From Polymyxa betae A26-41 (Eukaryota > Protista > Endomyxa: Phytomyxea), in NCBI GenBank assembly GCA_003693705.1, contig RBZT01000659.1:1-40528 (forward strand): DNA of 40,528 nucleotides. The letters are read 5' to 3'. Positions 11,074 through 21,435 of this stretch are shown piece by piece (positions within the stretch are counted from its first letter, which is position 1; every line of letters begins with the position of its first letter). The notes under the pieces are model-generated. The model did no database searches. It was not told the origin of the DNA and was given only the letters and a program-made list of their open reading frames with translations. The translations under genes and the position numbers were made by a program.

Positions 11074-11481
11074 CTAGAGAGCTGCATGGAAAAGTGGCCG
11101 ATATTTGGAAGAGTCGAACAGGTTGCCGAGATCGAGCTGGCTTGCAGGGAAGAAAGTGGTGACCCATTCTATGAGCAATGGAGGCGTGTTAGCACGACAA
11201 TCGACAGCGCCGTGTATCTTGGGATTCGCATGATGACGGGTCACCCCCTCATCGTCCGAGACCAATATCCGGCGCCGTTTCGGTGGCGCGGGCGCCAACG
11301 CTTGCAGCTGTCGGAGCTCTTCCGCGAAATCAGCGAAAATCCCCTGTAGATAGCAATGTTAATAGACATGACAGAGACTGTTGGGGTGTATACTGACAGT
11401 CATCTTGGCGGCCATAACAGCGTTAACTTGGATCGCCCGCGACAGGTTAACGAGCATCTGCTGGAACGACTCGACATTCAT
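11074..11481 (-). CDS. Hypothetical protein, two putative exons (MNVESFQQML...KMT | GIFADFAEELRQLQALAPAPPKRRR...)
   Basis: A GTCAGT...CTACAG intron-like segment (about 11344-11397) joins an ATG-initiated frame to ORF 11074-11298; NLS-like PPKRRR. Confidence 0.35.
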
Positions 11482-11534
11482 TTTGAAGAATGAGAAGATT
11501 CACGGGATTCTGTGAATCTTATCGTGGTTCGTCG

Positions 11535-11852
11535 TCATGCCGAGGACTTAATCTCGACTGTGTACACTATCGAGATGTTTTCATTATAATACTTTCTGAT
11601 GTGATACAGAACGTCTGCGATTTTGATACCGCCCTTGATCATGGTTTTAACATCCTCTATCCATTCTACGCTTCGATCCAATGCCGTTGTTGGAGCCGAA
11701 CGGATTAAAGCGCCCTGTTTGATCCATCTCTGTAGCGTTCGCTGGGAGATATCGATCCCCAAATCTTGGGCGAGCGATTGTATGATACTTTCGTTGGTCT
11801 GGTCTTGCCACAGCAGGTTCTGTACGAAACCGAGATCCTTGTCGTCAGGCAT
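11535..11852 (-). pseudogene. HTH (Clr5-like) N-terminal fragment of the type seen in transposon ORFs
   Basis: NESIIQSLAQDLGIDISQRTLQRWIKQ fits the xGIxISxRTLxR HTH signature, and a second weaker unit (IADVLYHIRKYYNENISI) follows. No catalytic domain recognised. Confidence 0.45.
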
Positions 11853-12031
11853 AGGATTGCGAGCTTAGCTAATGAGTAAAATTCTAATCAAAGTATCAAT
11901 CCCTCTCCTATGAACTTAGTACTGTACAAAAAAAAATCTGCGCGGCGGAATTTATTATGTGAGATGTCACTGTGTTGTGGTTCTCGAATTCCCTATTTCC
12001 GTCACTGAATTCCCTATTCCTTCTCTATTCC

Positions 12032-12183
12032 TTCTCTTTCTCTCCTCTACGAATAGATTTTGTCAGTTATGTTCTCTTTCTCTCCTCGAATAGATTTTGT
12101 CTGTTATGTTCTCTTTTTCTCCTCGAATAGATTCTGTCTGTGAGGTTTTCTTTTTCTCATCTACAAATAAAATTCTGTCTGTA
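12032..12183 (+). repeat. Tandem repeat, about 36-39 bp x 4
   Basis: Unit TTCTCTTTCTCTCCTC(TAC)GAATAGATTTTGTC(A/T)GTTATG, degenerating toward the right. Confidence 0.9.
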
Positions 12184-12199
12184 AGCCTCGCGATTTTTT

Positions 12200-13098
12200 G
12201 CCGATGTGGAATCGACTTCGGAATTGAATCAACCCGCCGAAAGGCGATTCATAGGTGGAATATTTTCCTTTCTTTTCCAAAGAGACCGCAGCTCACAGCA
12301 GGACACAATCTCCTTCCCCTAATGACCAGCATTCTCCAACGCCTGAAGACAGATTCGACAGCTTTAGTGTCCCAGATCGTGAAATCATCGGCACCATTCT
12401 AATACATGAGAAGTCACAATTCCGATGGGGAGGCCTCTATAGACAATAGCAGCGGCTGTGGGAACCAAAATACCTCAAGTGTATTAACACCACAATCTGC
12501 CTTTTCTTGATCGTATTCTTCATTTCTGGAGTTGCATGAAGCCGCCCAAGCGTACGACAATTATGGGTTATCTTGCAATCTTCGAAATTTTACAAATGTT
12601 GAAAAACCATCCCCTTGATTGTTTAGATGTTCCTTTTCATAAATTCCACCTATCACTCAAGACACAGAAATGGACGTTAAGCAAACCCAACACGATTCAA
12701 CACTGAAAACCTATCACCAAATTCTAATTCCTCACAGCCAGGCTAACCGTTATACTCTGTTGTTAGGAGATTGCAAAGAACTCATCAATTTAACAGTCAA
12801 TGATACTCATTTTTTCAACATTTGTCGCATGGCCATTGCCGATCTAATGGCCAAGCATGGGATAGAATCATCCGACAAGGATGTCTCTGTGATGGAGCCA
12901 GCGGAAGGGGGAGAAATCAAGGCCCCGGAAAGGCGTAACCGTCAAGCGGGACGGCTGCCGATGAGTGAGCTTCAGAATCGCCAAGAAAAGAAAAAACGAT
13001 TACCAGCATCATGCAAGGTTTGCGTTGCTAAGAACGCTGTCCCAACAGATAATCACAGAGCACGAAGCTCTCGGTTCCCCTTCACTCTAACCGGATAA
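12200..13098 (+). mobile_element. Possible decayed transposase C-terminus (SWIM-like relic plus terminal zinc knuckle)
   Basis: ORF 12670-13098 ends APERRNRQAGRLP...SCKVCVAKNAVPTDNHRARSSRFP (basic linker plus CxxC...H). Upstream frames hold YGLSC and HPLDCLDVPFHKFHL, weakly SWIM-region-like. No TIR pair found. Confidence 0.35.
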
Positions 13099-13453
13099 TA
13101 CAGCAAAGTTGTCGCAAGAAGGGTGCAAAAGGGAACGAGATAGATAGAGACATCATCAGTATAGAAAAGCGAAAGGGAGAGATGACATAGAGCGATTTGT
13201 GACAGAAAGGTGGTTGCGCAGCAGTCGACAAAAACGCAGCCTGTTTTCGGTCGACTGGAAAAACCGGATTACTACGAGCAGAATTCGCTCATTGAGCATT
13301 TCTACAGACAGATCGTGAACGATCAAATTTTCGGGCATCGACTAAGGCTGGTCTGCGAAATCGAGAATGTTTTGTTTCTCAAAAACATCGTCTTTAAAAA
13401 TCGTCTTGTCAGATGTGTAATGTGAAATATCTTTGCCACGAAATTGGTGACAT

Positions 13454-14138
13454 TTAGTCAACAATTTCCAGCTGCTCGTCCGTGGCTTCCACCTTCCCAT
13501 CGTCATCAATCACCTCGACAATCTCCAGTGGCTTTCCGGGAGCTTTCAAATTCCCGACATTGACAGTTTCCATTCCAAGTAGGAAATGGAGGTCGTCAAA
13601 CACATGTAATGGCAAGGCGGCCAGCATGCAGGATTGAATGAGATCGTTATCTTCCTCTGGGTCCTCGAGCATTGTCATCATTGTCTTGCAGGTCGCCAAC
13701 AGGTTCGGTTGTAAAAAGTTCCTCAAATCGAGAAAAGTGAGGGTCGTCACACAGAGATTGTGAATAGCGTCGATGGTCTTTTGGCAGAGCGTCTGAAGAC
13801 GCAGGCCCATGGTGAAAGTGAACGACAGAGCCATCTTCTTCTTCAGCTCCTGAACACACCGCAGAGCCCGTTCGAGGAAGACGGCCGCGATGACCGCAAA
13901 CCGATCGCCTTCGTAGGCGGCGTACTTGACCTTGAGACGTTCGGTGATCAGGTATCGAATTCGATCGAGCCATTTCTCCCTGTTTCTGCAGCATGATTTT
14001 GGAAACAACTTTCATATCGTCAAGCATTGCAGACGAGAGCTTTTGCGCGAACGATTTCATCGAGAAAAGGAGGGAATCCGGCGACTGGAATGAGCTCAGG
14101 AGACAGACAGCGGAACCATTCAAAACTATAGAATCCAC
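13454..14138 (-). pseudogene. Intronless hypothetical helical protein with one apparent frameshift near 13990
   Basis: ORF 13647-14138 (MDSIVLNG...) overlaps ORF 13454-14008 (184 aa) and the two read as one protein if joined; no family recognised. Confidence 0.4.
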
Positions 14139-14354
14139 ATTAGCAGGTTCTTTTGTGAATCAGCAAAAAAATCGAAAAAAAGTCTTGCTAAATTTTAAAT
14201 ATTTTCTTCTAAAATTCGAATTGGAGGGTTTCTTGAAAATCATCAAAAAAAGGAAAAGGGTTTCCTGAAAATCTTCAAAAAGGAAAACAATGTCTAAATA
14301 CAAAATAAAATATTGTTTTAAACCCGATTAGTTCAAGAAAATATTCCAAAAAAT

Positions 14355-15985
14355 TAGCAGAAAATTGAGCACATACTTTCATTGATATCTTTGGGCATCT
14401 CCTCAAAAAGGCTGAATAGCGCGAGATCTTCCGAATCCTTTCACAAGATCAGTCTCAGACATCATCAGATCACAGAACAGCATTTACCAGATCTTGTTCT
14501 GATCCAGGACATAATCGTGATGAACTCCCGACCATACCCAGATTAATATAAGGAATATAAGGGCGTTCATCAACGAGAGCATCTTCAAGACGCTGTCGCA
14601 GATCCTCAATAATCGCCTCGTGCATCTCTTCATCCAGCAAAAACCAGCGCCCGGGACGCCTCCCCAACCGCTAAGATCCGTACGACGTCCGTCCCGATGA
14701 TGACGAAATCGCGGATCGGTCCCGTCTCGTCTTCATTTTCGACTTCCTTCAGGAGATCGAATCGCAGACTGGTCGTGATGATCCCGATCTTGAACACGGC
14801 GGTCTCCAACGCGAACGCAGCCTCCCGCGTGGACCAGTACGCCCCCCGCGCCGACCGGTAATACGGCAGACGCATCGTGAACGAGCACCGGGGCATTTCT
14901 AAGGCAGGCGAGGCCGTTCGCGTGTCGAGGATGTTGTCGATGACGTCCAGATCGAAGGAGGCGAGGGCGGCGGCGAGTCCGTCCAACGTCGTCTGCATCT
15001 CCAGGAGGGCGTCGCTGTTGAAGAAGTCGGCCAGATCGCGAATGGGTTCGCCTTCCGTGAAGCAGGCGCAGACCGAATTTGCGATACAGATCAGGTCGTG
15101 GTAGACGTTGGCGTTCGGATCAGCCGACGACGTCTCATCCGGCAGCTCTGCACACAAACAAACCCGCGGTCAGAACAGACAACAGCAACAACAACGCCGT
15201 AGCGGAGTCGTACTGTCCAGACGGGCGTAGTACAGGTCGAGCAGGAGGCGGTGCAGCTCCGTGATCGGCTTCTCCTACAACAACAGCAGTCAGAGAGAGG
15301 CAGTAGAGCGGGGGGGCGGGGGGTTACGACCTCGACCATGCGACGGACGTGATCGAATAAGGTGTCGACCGTGCGGCGGGATCGGGCCAGGCGGGCGTCG
15401 TTGAGGGCGCCGAGATCGGGCGTGACGGCGACGACGATGTCGGAGGTCGGCGGCGTCGTCGTCTCTCGGACAGATGGCTTCTCCTTCTACAAATTCTAAT
15501 GTCAGCGGGTCGGTACGGGAGGGGGGGGGTTCGTTGGCGAGTACGACCTGGGATTCCCGCGTCGGTTTCTGAGACGGTTTCGAGGACGTTGTAAGGGCGG
15601 CGTTCACGGTCGGGATGGTGGCTGTTGTTTTGTGGGCGGATTCCGTGACGGACTGTTCGAGGTCGAGAGCATCGAATTGGTTGAGTTCGTTGTAGACCGG
15701 GACGGGGTCCGAGGAGCAGCAGACCACAGCAGAGGATGGCGTCGCTGTAGGTGCTTCATCATCTGTAGCTTCAATAGAGGAAAGTTGGGTGAGATCAGGT
15801 TCAGATTGGGAGATTTCTGTAAACTGGACGGAGTCGTGCTCGAATGAGCCTGATACCGGGTTAGGGTTAGGGTTTGGTCTGTTGTAGGTGGTCTCTGTAT
15901 GATCTGAAGGAGGATCATAGGCATGGCTGCCTGTACAGATCACAGCCAACACGATGTTGATAGACACCAACGTAGTCAACATCAT
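14355..15985 (-). pseudogene. Secreted protein (signal peptide, PN run, S/T/P-rich linker, Cys-rich patch, helical C-terminal domain), split by frameshifts
   Basis: ORF 15290-15985 starts with signal-like MMLTTLVSINIVLAVICTGSHA. GC-rich coding-like sequence continues in ORFs 15091-15339, 14630-15157 and 14470-14667. G homopolymer runs occur near 15310 and 15522. 3' end approximate. Confidence 0.55.
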
Positions 15986-16086
15986 CAGAGAGATCGATTT
16001 TAAATTCTGAGCGAGGCGACTCGGGGGCTACAGCACGCAGTCCGTGATTCCGTTCTGCGTCATTTGTGCACCTCGGTTAAGTCTGC
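15823..16086 (+). repeat. Dispersed direct repeat, copy 2 (copy 1 at 254-519)
   Basis: Direct alignment with 254-519. Confidence 0.9.
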
Positions 16087-16141
16087 TATGACTTGAGGGG
16101 AAGCTACTTCTGTCTGTCGACAGATCTGCGCATCGGCACCT

Positions 16142-16185
16142 TCTCTCTCTCCCTCTCTCCCTCTCTCTTTCTCTCTCCCTCTCTC
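16142..16185 (+). repeat. Imperfect (CT)n microsatellite
   Basis: TCTCTCTCTCCCTCTCTCCCTCTCTCTTTCTCTCTCCCTCTCTC. Confidence 0.95.
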
Positions 16186-16689
16186 ACCGGTGGTGTGTTT
16201 TTCTCCACGCGTGGAAAGAGGCTGCGCTGTCCACGCAATGTGTAGGGGGACACTCTTCAGAGTCTAAACTGAGCGAGCGATGACGCCGACTGCGTGGCCT
16301 CCCGACTCGTCTCCTTTCTCTAGGTTCGGGTTGAGGTTGAAGTCGGGGTGGCTTGGACTCTGCTTCGCTATCCAACCATTACAAAAGTAGTTTTAGTTTA
16401 GTGCCGTGCATAGATTATGCTATCGCCAATCTGGACATCAGCGCCAAAGGCAGATGCGTTCTGCTGATTGCAGACGCAGTCGTCGCTGGAAATTTTAAGT
16501 TTGATGACGCTATTATCGTCCTTGCTGGCACTGTTGTTTAGTGTCATTTGACGTCTGTCGTGGTTTGCTGGCCGATTGGGTAGCTTCATCGTTACTTTTA
16601 TCAGAATATGCGTCAGCAGGTATTCACATTACAGAAAGCAGTTAATTGAACCATCAGTTATGGGCAGATACAGCTCTCGACTTTGCCAG

Positions 16690-16715
16690 ATACCTCTATA
16701 TGCATATAGAGGTAT
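16690..16715. repeat. Perfect 26-bp palindrome
   Basis: ATACCTCTATATGCATATAGAGGTAT equals its own reverse complement. Confidence 0.97.
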
Positions 16716-17281
16716 ATGGGGACCATTCATTTGAATAGCGTCAAAGCAATGTTTGATGCCATTCTTCTGATAAAAATGAACAAGGAATGAGAGAATGCGA
16801 TGGCGCATGGAAGCAACTTTATGACGTTTGGTGTTTAGCTTTTAGATACATTCCACTGGAAAGTGGAAAAAACTCTCTACGACTTGGCTTCTGCACTCAC
16901 AGATTCAACTGGGTGAATGGCGTCAAGTTCGGCCCAGTCATCGTATGCATCAGCTTGACGACTGAGCTTGGCCAGAGTCGCGATTAGCCTTGGTGCCGAT
17001 GTGTAACGTATGAGCGTGTGTAAAATGTAGCTGACTGTGCGGCCTCCAGACTCGAGGGAGAAATGGTCAAAGTTTCCTGTTAGGGTTAGGGTTAAAAGGC
17101 ACCGTCGGTAAAAATTTGGTCTTGAACAAGGGGGGGGGATCTCGATATTGCGTATAATAAAGCGATCGGTGTTAACTTCATACATCCAGTTCTTCATTGG
17201 TGGAATGGTTGTAAGTGTGAAAAACTGGCGGGGCCTCGGAGCGCCTGCAGTTATGCGACTTGAAGTCCGAACCCTCGATCC

Positions 17282-17611
17282 ATGTCGTCTCTCATCGCCT
17301 TAATCTTGACGATGACAACGAAGCTCATCAACACGCTGATTCTGGTGGGTGTGTCGGCCTGGCTTCTTCCCGGACTCCGAAAGAAGTGCAGCCCGAACCT
17401 TGCGTCCTCGTCTCCGAACGAGATTCTGAAGGCTGTCGTCAGTCATGCCCGTCCGGACCCGGTCTTGCTCGCAAAGCTCGCGGAGCTCGACAAAACCCTT
17501 TCCGCATTAGTCCGGGACATTCTCCGCGCTCAGCGTCTGAGCCGAATCGTTGTTAAGCTCCCGACCTCCCGAGACGATTTCCTCCGCGACCTCAAATGGC
17601 TGATCGAGTAG
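17282..17611 (+). CDS. Hypothetical 109-aa protein with a hydrophobic N-terminus (signal or anchor)
   Basis: ATG-initiated intronless ORF with GC3-rich codons; MSSLIALILTMTTKLINTLILVGVSAWLL is hydrophobic. Confidence 0.5.
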   Translation: MSSLIALILTMTTKLINTLILVGVSAWLLPGLRKKCSPNLASSSPNEILKAVVSHARPDPVLLAKLAELDKTLSALVRDILRAQRLSRIVVKLPTSRDDFLRDLKWLIE

Positions 17612-17689
17612 CGTCACGTTGCTGTCCTTCGCGTTCTGTTAACAGAAGAGGCTGCGCCTCTGTTCCTGTATCGGCTGCTGTCCATCGCG

Positions 17690-18607
17690 ATGGCCGAGCC
17701 GAAACTGATCATGGGTCTATTCGACGTGATCGCGACGATCGACGCCGTGGCCGTACTGGTCCCCGGCTGGGTCCTGGTCGTCAACTCCACCTTCTGGATG
17801 TTCCGATCGCAATCGTACGACCCGATCCGGGTCATGTGTCGTCATCTTCTGAAGAAGGCCGCGCCGACGACGTCGTTCGTCGGCGACCTTCCGGACGAGA
17901 TCGTCGCGACAATCCGCCCTTATGCGGACGTGATTTCAGGCGACGTCGCGAACTGGGCGCAGCTCCCGACGCCGCACGCCAAGCGCAACGCCGTCACCGT
18001 GTTCGAACTCGCCAAACAGATCTCCAACCGGCATGCGGACCGAATTCGATCGCGGCCGGCCGTACTGGCCCGCCAGCTGTTCTTCGCCGGGACGCCGATT
18101 CAGCTGGACGAGGTCCCGATCGCCGAATTCGCGGCCGACGACCTGCGCGCCCTGCTACCGTTCGCCCGATTCGTCGCGCCGGCGCTCGCGCTCCAGATCG
18201 CCGATCTGCTGGCCGCGGGCCGCGCCGATCTCATCGCCGTCGTCCTGGAATCGGAGGCGTTCTTCGCGCCGCCGCTCGAAATTTTTCTGGAACAGTCGTG
18301 CTATCTCGAACTGATCGTCCGCCCGCTGATCAAGACGGCGGGCCAGCACGCCCTGTTGCGCCTGCTGCTGGCGGCGCCGCTGCCGGCCGGCTGGCTGGTC
18401 CGGATCGATTCGTATTTCGGGTCGAGTTTTCTGCATCGGGCTGTCCAGGTTGGGAATGCGGAGGCTGTTCGCGTCCTGTTGACGGTCCCGGACTTGATCA
18501 AGAGCGTCGATTATTACGGGCGGACTGCGTGGTCGTATACGGCCCCAGGTTCGGAGATCGATCAATTGTTTAAGCGATGGTACTGTACTCGAGTTGTCCG
18601 CAAATAA
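17690..18607 (+). CDS. 305-aa protein with C-terminal ankyrin repeats
   Basis: Intronless, strongly GC3-biased ORF. FGSSFLHRAVQVGNAEAVRVLLTVPDLIKSVDYYGRTAWSY matches the ankyrin consensus GxTPLHxAxxxGxxxxVxxLL...DxxGxT. AATAAA at and after the stop. Confidence 0.75.
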   Translation: MAEPKLIMGLFDVIATIDAVAVLVPGWVLVVNSTFWMFRSQSYDPIRVMCRHLLKKAAPTTSFVGDLPDEIVATIRPYADVISGDVANWAQLPTPHAKRNAVTVFELAKQISNRHADRIRSRPAVLARQLFFAGTPIQLDEVPIAEFAADDLRALLPFARFVAPALALQIADLLAAGRADLIAVVLESEAFFAPPLEIFLEQSCYLELIVRPLIKTAGQHALLRLLLAAPLPAGWLVRIDSYFGSSFLHRAVQVGNAEAVRVLLTVPDLIKSVDYYGRTAWSYTAPGSEIDQLFKRWYCTRVVRK

Positions 18608-19645
18608 ATTTGTTTTTGCATCTAAAAATAAATCATATTTGTCCGTAAAGTGAGAAATCAAACGATCCCGTAAAAAATACGAACAGCGCACGGAGATTTC
18701 TAAACGGCACAGATCCTCCATCTGCGTCGAATGATTCTGAGGACTATGCGGACATGCTGAGCCCGAGATCGCATGGTCATGAATCACGCTGTTCTGATGA
18801 TGAAGACGCCAACTGCTGCGGAGTCCGAGATCGCATCGCAGTCATCTTCCAGCACGCCCGATCCGTGCTGTTACAGTTTCAACAGATGAACCTGAATCTG
18901 GTTCCTGAATTTTACAGATATGTTCATTGCCCTCATCTTCCATATCTACCGTTATATTGATGTCTTTTATATTCATTTTTGAATGGAATGTTTGTATGTA
19001 GAGTATGCCGGTTAAGCTTCATTCTTTTTCACCAAAAGATGTGAAAATCTCAAACAAGTTCTTGAGCCGGCTGCTGTTCATCAGTAGTAGAGATTTTTCA
19101 ATATAGGAACAGTCAAGAAAGTATGACGAACGATTTTTGTAACTACGCACAAAATGGCGGTTTTCTGTGCTATAACCCTAACCCTAGCGTCCAACGTTTG
19201 CTGTGGAAAAAACTTCAAAGTTTTCCGAACCAGATTTTTCATGAAAAACTTTCCCAGCTTCGTTCACTCAACAAAGTCAATAAATTCCAGTATTTTCTGA
19301 ATGTTTATTAACGCATTCGCCTGGCAATCTGATATTTCAGCGCTTCCCTGGCAATTTTCATCCGTACATCAAGAAACGAGTCTGCGGATTCGGAAGGGCC
19401 AGTACAGCTGCAGGCGGCCGCGGTGCTCGAAACGCCACCAGAGCAGCGACATCGATGAGAACCGCTTGTGTGAATCGTCGTCTCGGGTAACAATACGATT
19501 ACAGATTCGCTTTGTCCTCGTTCTCAACGATTTTGAAACCCTAACCCTAAGCTGATTCTAGGGTTTGTTCAGCCGTTCGCAGCTCTCGAAAAATCCAAAT
19601 AGCAGCTGGCAGTAATGTTACGAAAACCAGAAATATAATATTGTA

Positions 19646-20548
19646 TTAAACAAACATCATCACGGACACCGACGCTATCAAGGCGAAGGCGTTCACCGAC
19701 ACCATCGCCGACGACGACGACGGCGGGTTCGGACCGCTCTTCGGATTCTGATACGCGCCGGATATGAAACCCGACGTGGGCAGGTACGGTGCGACCGCCG
19801 GCGTCCCCGTCGTGTAGTTTCCGGGCAGCGTCTTCGGGTAGACGTCGGCGACCTTCGTGAACGGCGACTGTTTCGCGGCGTCGTACTCGCCCACGCGTTG
19901 GAATCCCGAATCGGACAGCGGGAACGTCAAACCCGGGGAAGAATCGGCCGTGACGGACTTATATTCGGCGGCCGGTCCGGGTGCAGCTGCTGGTGTGGGC
20001 TTGGCGTAGGACTCCGTGGCGGACTTCATGTAAGTTTCCGTGATAGTCGGGGCCGGCGCTGGTGCGGATTCCTTCACTGGGGCGGGAGCGGACGCCGCCG
20101 CGGCCTTCTCGCCCATATACGTGGTCTCCGCCGACGATTTCGTGATCGAGTACGACTTGGAGGTCGGGGCCGCCGGAACGGGCTGCGCGGGCAATGCGAC
20201 CGGCGCGTCCGAGATCGGGATGATGGTGGGGCCGCCCAACGGGACCTGCGGAGCTGACAGCAGCGACACCACCGGCGCTGCTTCTATGGCAGGAGCCGAT
20301 TCGGTAACGTGACTCGGGGACGATTCGGTAACGTAACTCGGGGACGCTTGCGAAACGTAACTGGGCGTGGGCGCCACCGCCGTCAGCTCGGCGGCGTCGA
20401 TGATGATCGCGACGTCGATGAGGCTGTCCGTGACGGGGGGCAGTACGCCCACGTCGTTGTTGTTGTTAATCAGGTCGGAGTTGTAACGTTGTGTGTCTGC
20501 CTGGGTCACGGCGGACAGCAGCAGCCAGAGGATGGTTGTTGGCAGCAT
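19646..20548 (-). CDS. Secreted Pro/Ala/Ser/Thr-rich surface protein, probably GPI-anchored (300 aa)
   Basis: ATG at 20548 gives signal peptide MLPTTILWLLLSAVTQA. The body is low-complexity PAST-rich. The C-terminus SSSSAMVSVNAFALIASVSVMMFV fits an omega site plus hydrophobic tail. 24-bp internal repeats (SPSYVTES) at about 20298-20365. Confidence 0.8.
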   Translation of the reverse strand: MLPTTILWLLLSAVTQADTQRYNSDLINNNNDVGVLPPVTDSLIDVAIIIDAAELTAVAPTPSYVSQASPSYVTESSPSHVTESAPAIEAAPVVSLLSAPQVPLGGPTIIPISDAPVALPAQPVPAAPTSKSYSITKSSAETTYMGEKAAAASAPAPVKESAPAPAPTITETYMKSATESYAKPTPAAAPGPAAEYKSVTADSSPGLTFPLSDSGFQRVGEYDAAKQSPFTKVADVYPKTLPGNYTTGTPAVAPYLPTSGFISGAYQNPKSGPNPPSSSSAMVSVNAFALIASVSVMMFV

Positions 20549-20684
20549 TGGGGTGGCGGGGTCGTCGGGGGTGTGGTGTGATGGGTTTTCGTGGGGTGGC
20601 GAAGTGTGTGATAATATTCGGAAAATACAGTGGATAGATATCGATATGGAGTCATGCACAGGACTCCACCCACTCAACACTGTG

Positions 20685-20715
20685 GTGAGTCACGAGCTAG
20701 GGTTTCTAGGGTTTC
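20685..20715. promoter_or_regulatory. AP-1/GCN4-like GTGAGTCAC next to a double telobox (CTAGGGTTT)2
   Basis: Motifs seen about 140-165 bp upstream of the 20548 ATG; function inferred only. Confidence 0.35.
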
Positions 20716-21340
20716 GAGACTTGGGCGACTTTCACAACACGACTCCGCTATGAATAGTCAACTTCACGATTTTCATTCCAGCATTCTGTTACGCTGAATA
20801 AAACCCTGTTTACGTTTCTGTTGTGTAATTAGCAAACTGGAGATCTGTGTGATGTTCTTTAGCTAATGACCTAAAAGTCGAACATTTTTGAAAATAGAAC
20901 TGATCTGCTTGTCGGAAGTCGTCGTGATGCAAAATGTTTTAGATTGAAATGCGTTCTGGGAAAATTTCGGCTACAATCAGCGTGCGATGCCCTTGACAAT
21001 AAACGTTCGATATGAGTTATGGAATCTGCTGTTTGCGAGAGATCTGGTTTGCTATCTGTCATTTGCTTATGTATATGAATGCGAAAAAGGGCAATAGGAT
21101 AAACTCTCATGGAAATTCAGTTACACTGCAAATATATCCAAAACAGAATTCTGTATTTGAAGCGGGTTATCAAATAGACGCCCGTGAGATCATATCTTGA
21201 AGCGTAATAAATCCAATATAGCAGAGCTATAAAGGATAGAAGATCGTTATCATATCGGGAACCTCGGCTTTAAACCTCGGCTGAAAATTTCATCATTATT
21301 GTCACTGGTCGGTGATTCACTATTTCAAGGTTCAATGAGC

Positions 21341-21351
21341 CATGAGTCATG
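21341..21351. promoter_or_regulatory. AP-1/GCN4-like palindrome CATGAGTCATG
   Basis: 85-95 bp upstream of the ATG at 21436; function inferred only. Confidence 0.35.
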
Positions 21352-21435
21352 TAACATAACTCAGACTAAGTAGACCCTCCCAACCCGCAATATTCGTATC
21401 GTAAATCCCCTTTTATTAACGTAATCTATTCAGTC

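Noticed and set aside
11074-11298. KIHGAVD as the IHGAID motif of an integrase core following the HTH ORF
   Set aside because: The expected preceding WHxDG motif and downstream DDE context are absent, and the frame fits better as exon 2 of a separate gene.
12032-12183. CRISPR-like array of ~36-bp units
   Set aside because: Units are head-to-tail with no unique spacers, there are no cas genes, and the context is eukaryotic.
254-16086. Direct repeats as LTRs of a 15.8-kb element
   Set aside because: The repeats are a gene 5' end, lack TG...CA termini, PBS/PPT and TSD, and no gag-pol lies between them.
17175-17197. KNWMYEV matching RNWMYEV at about 5630-5650
   Set aside because: Six-residue match with no extension on either side; treated as chance.
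17596-18787. Long overlapping ORFs 17596-18573 (+) and 18155-18787 (-)
   Set aside because: Arg/Pro-rich shadow frames of the GC-rich ankyrin gene.
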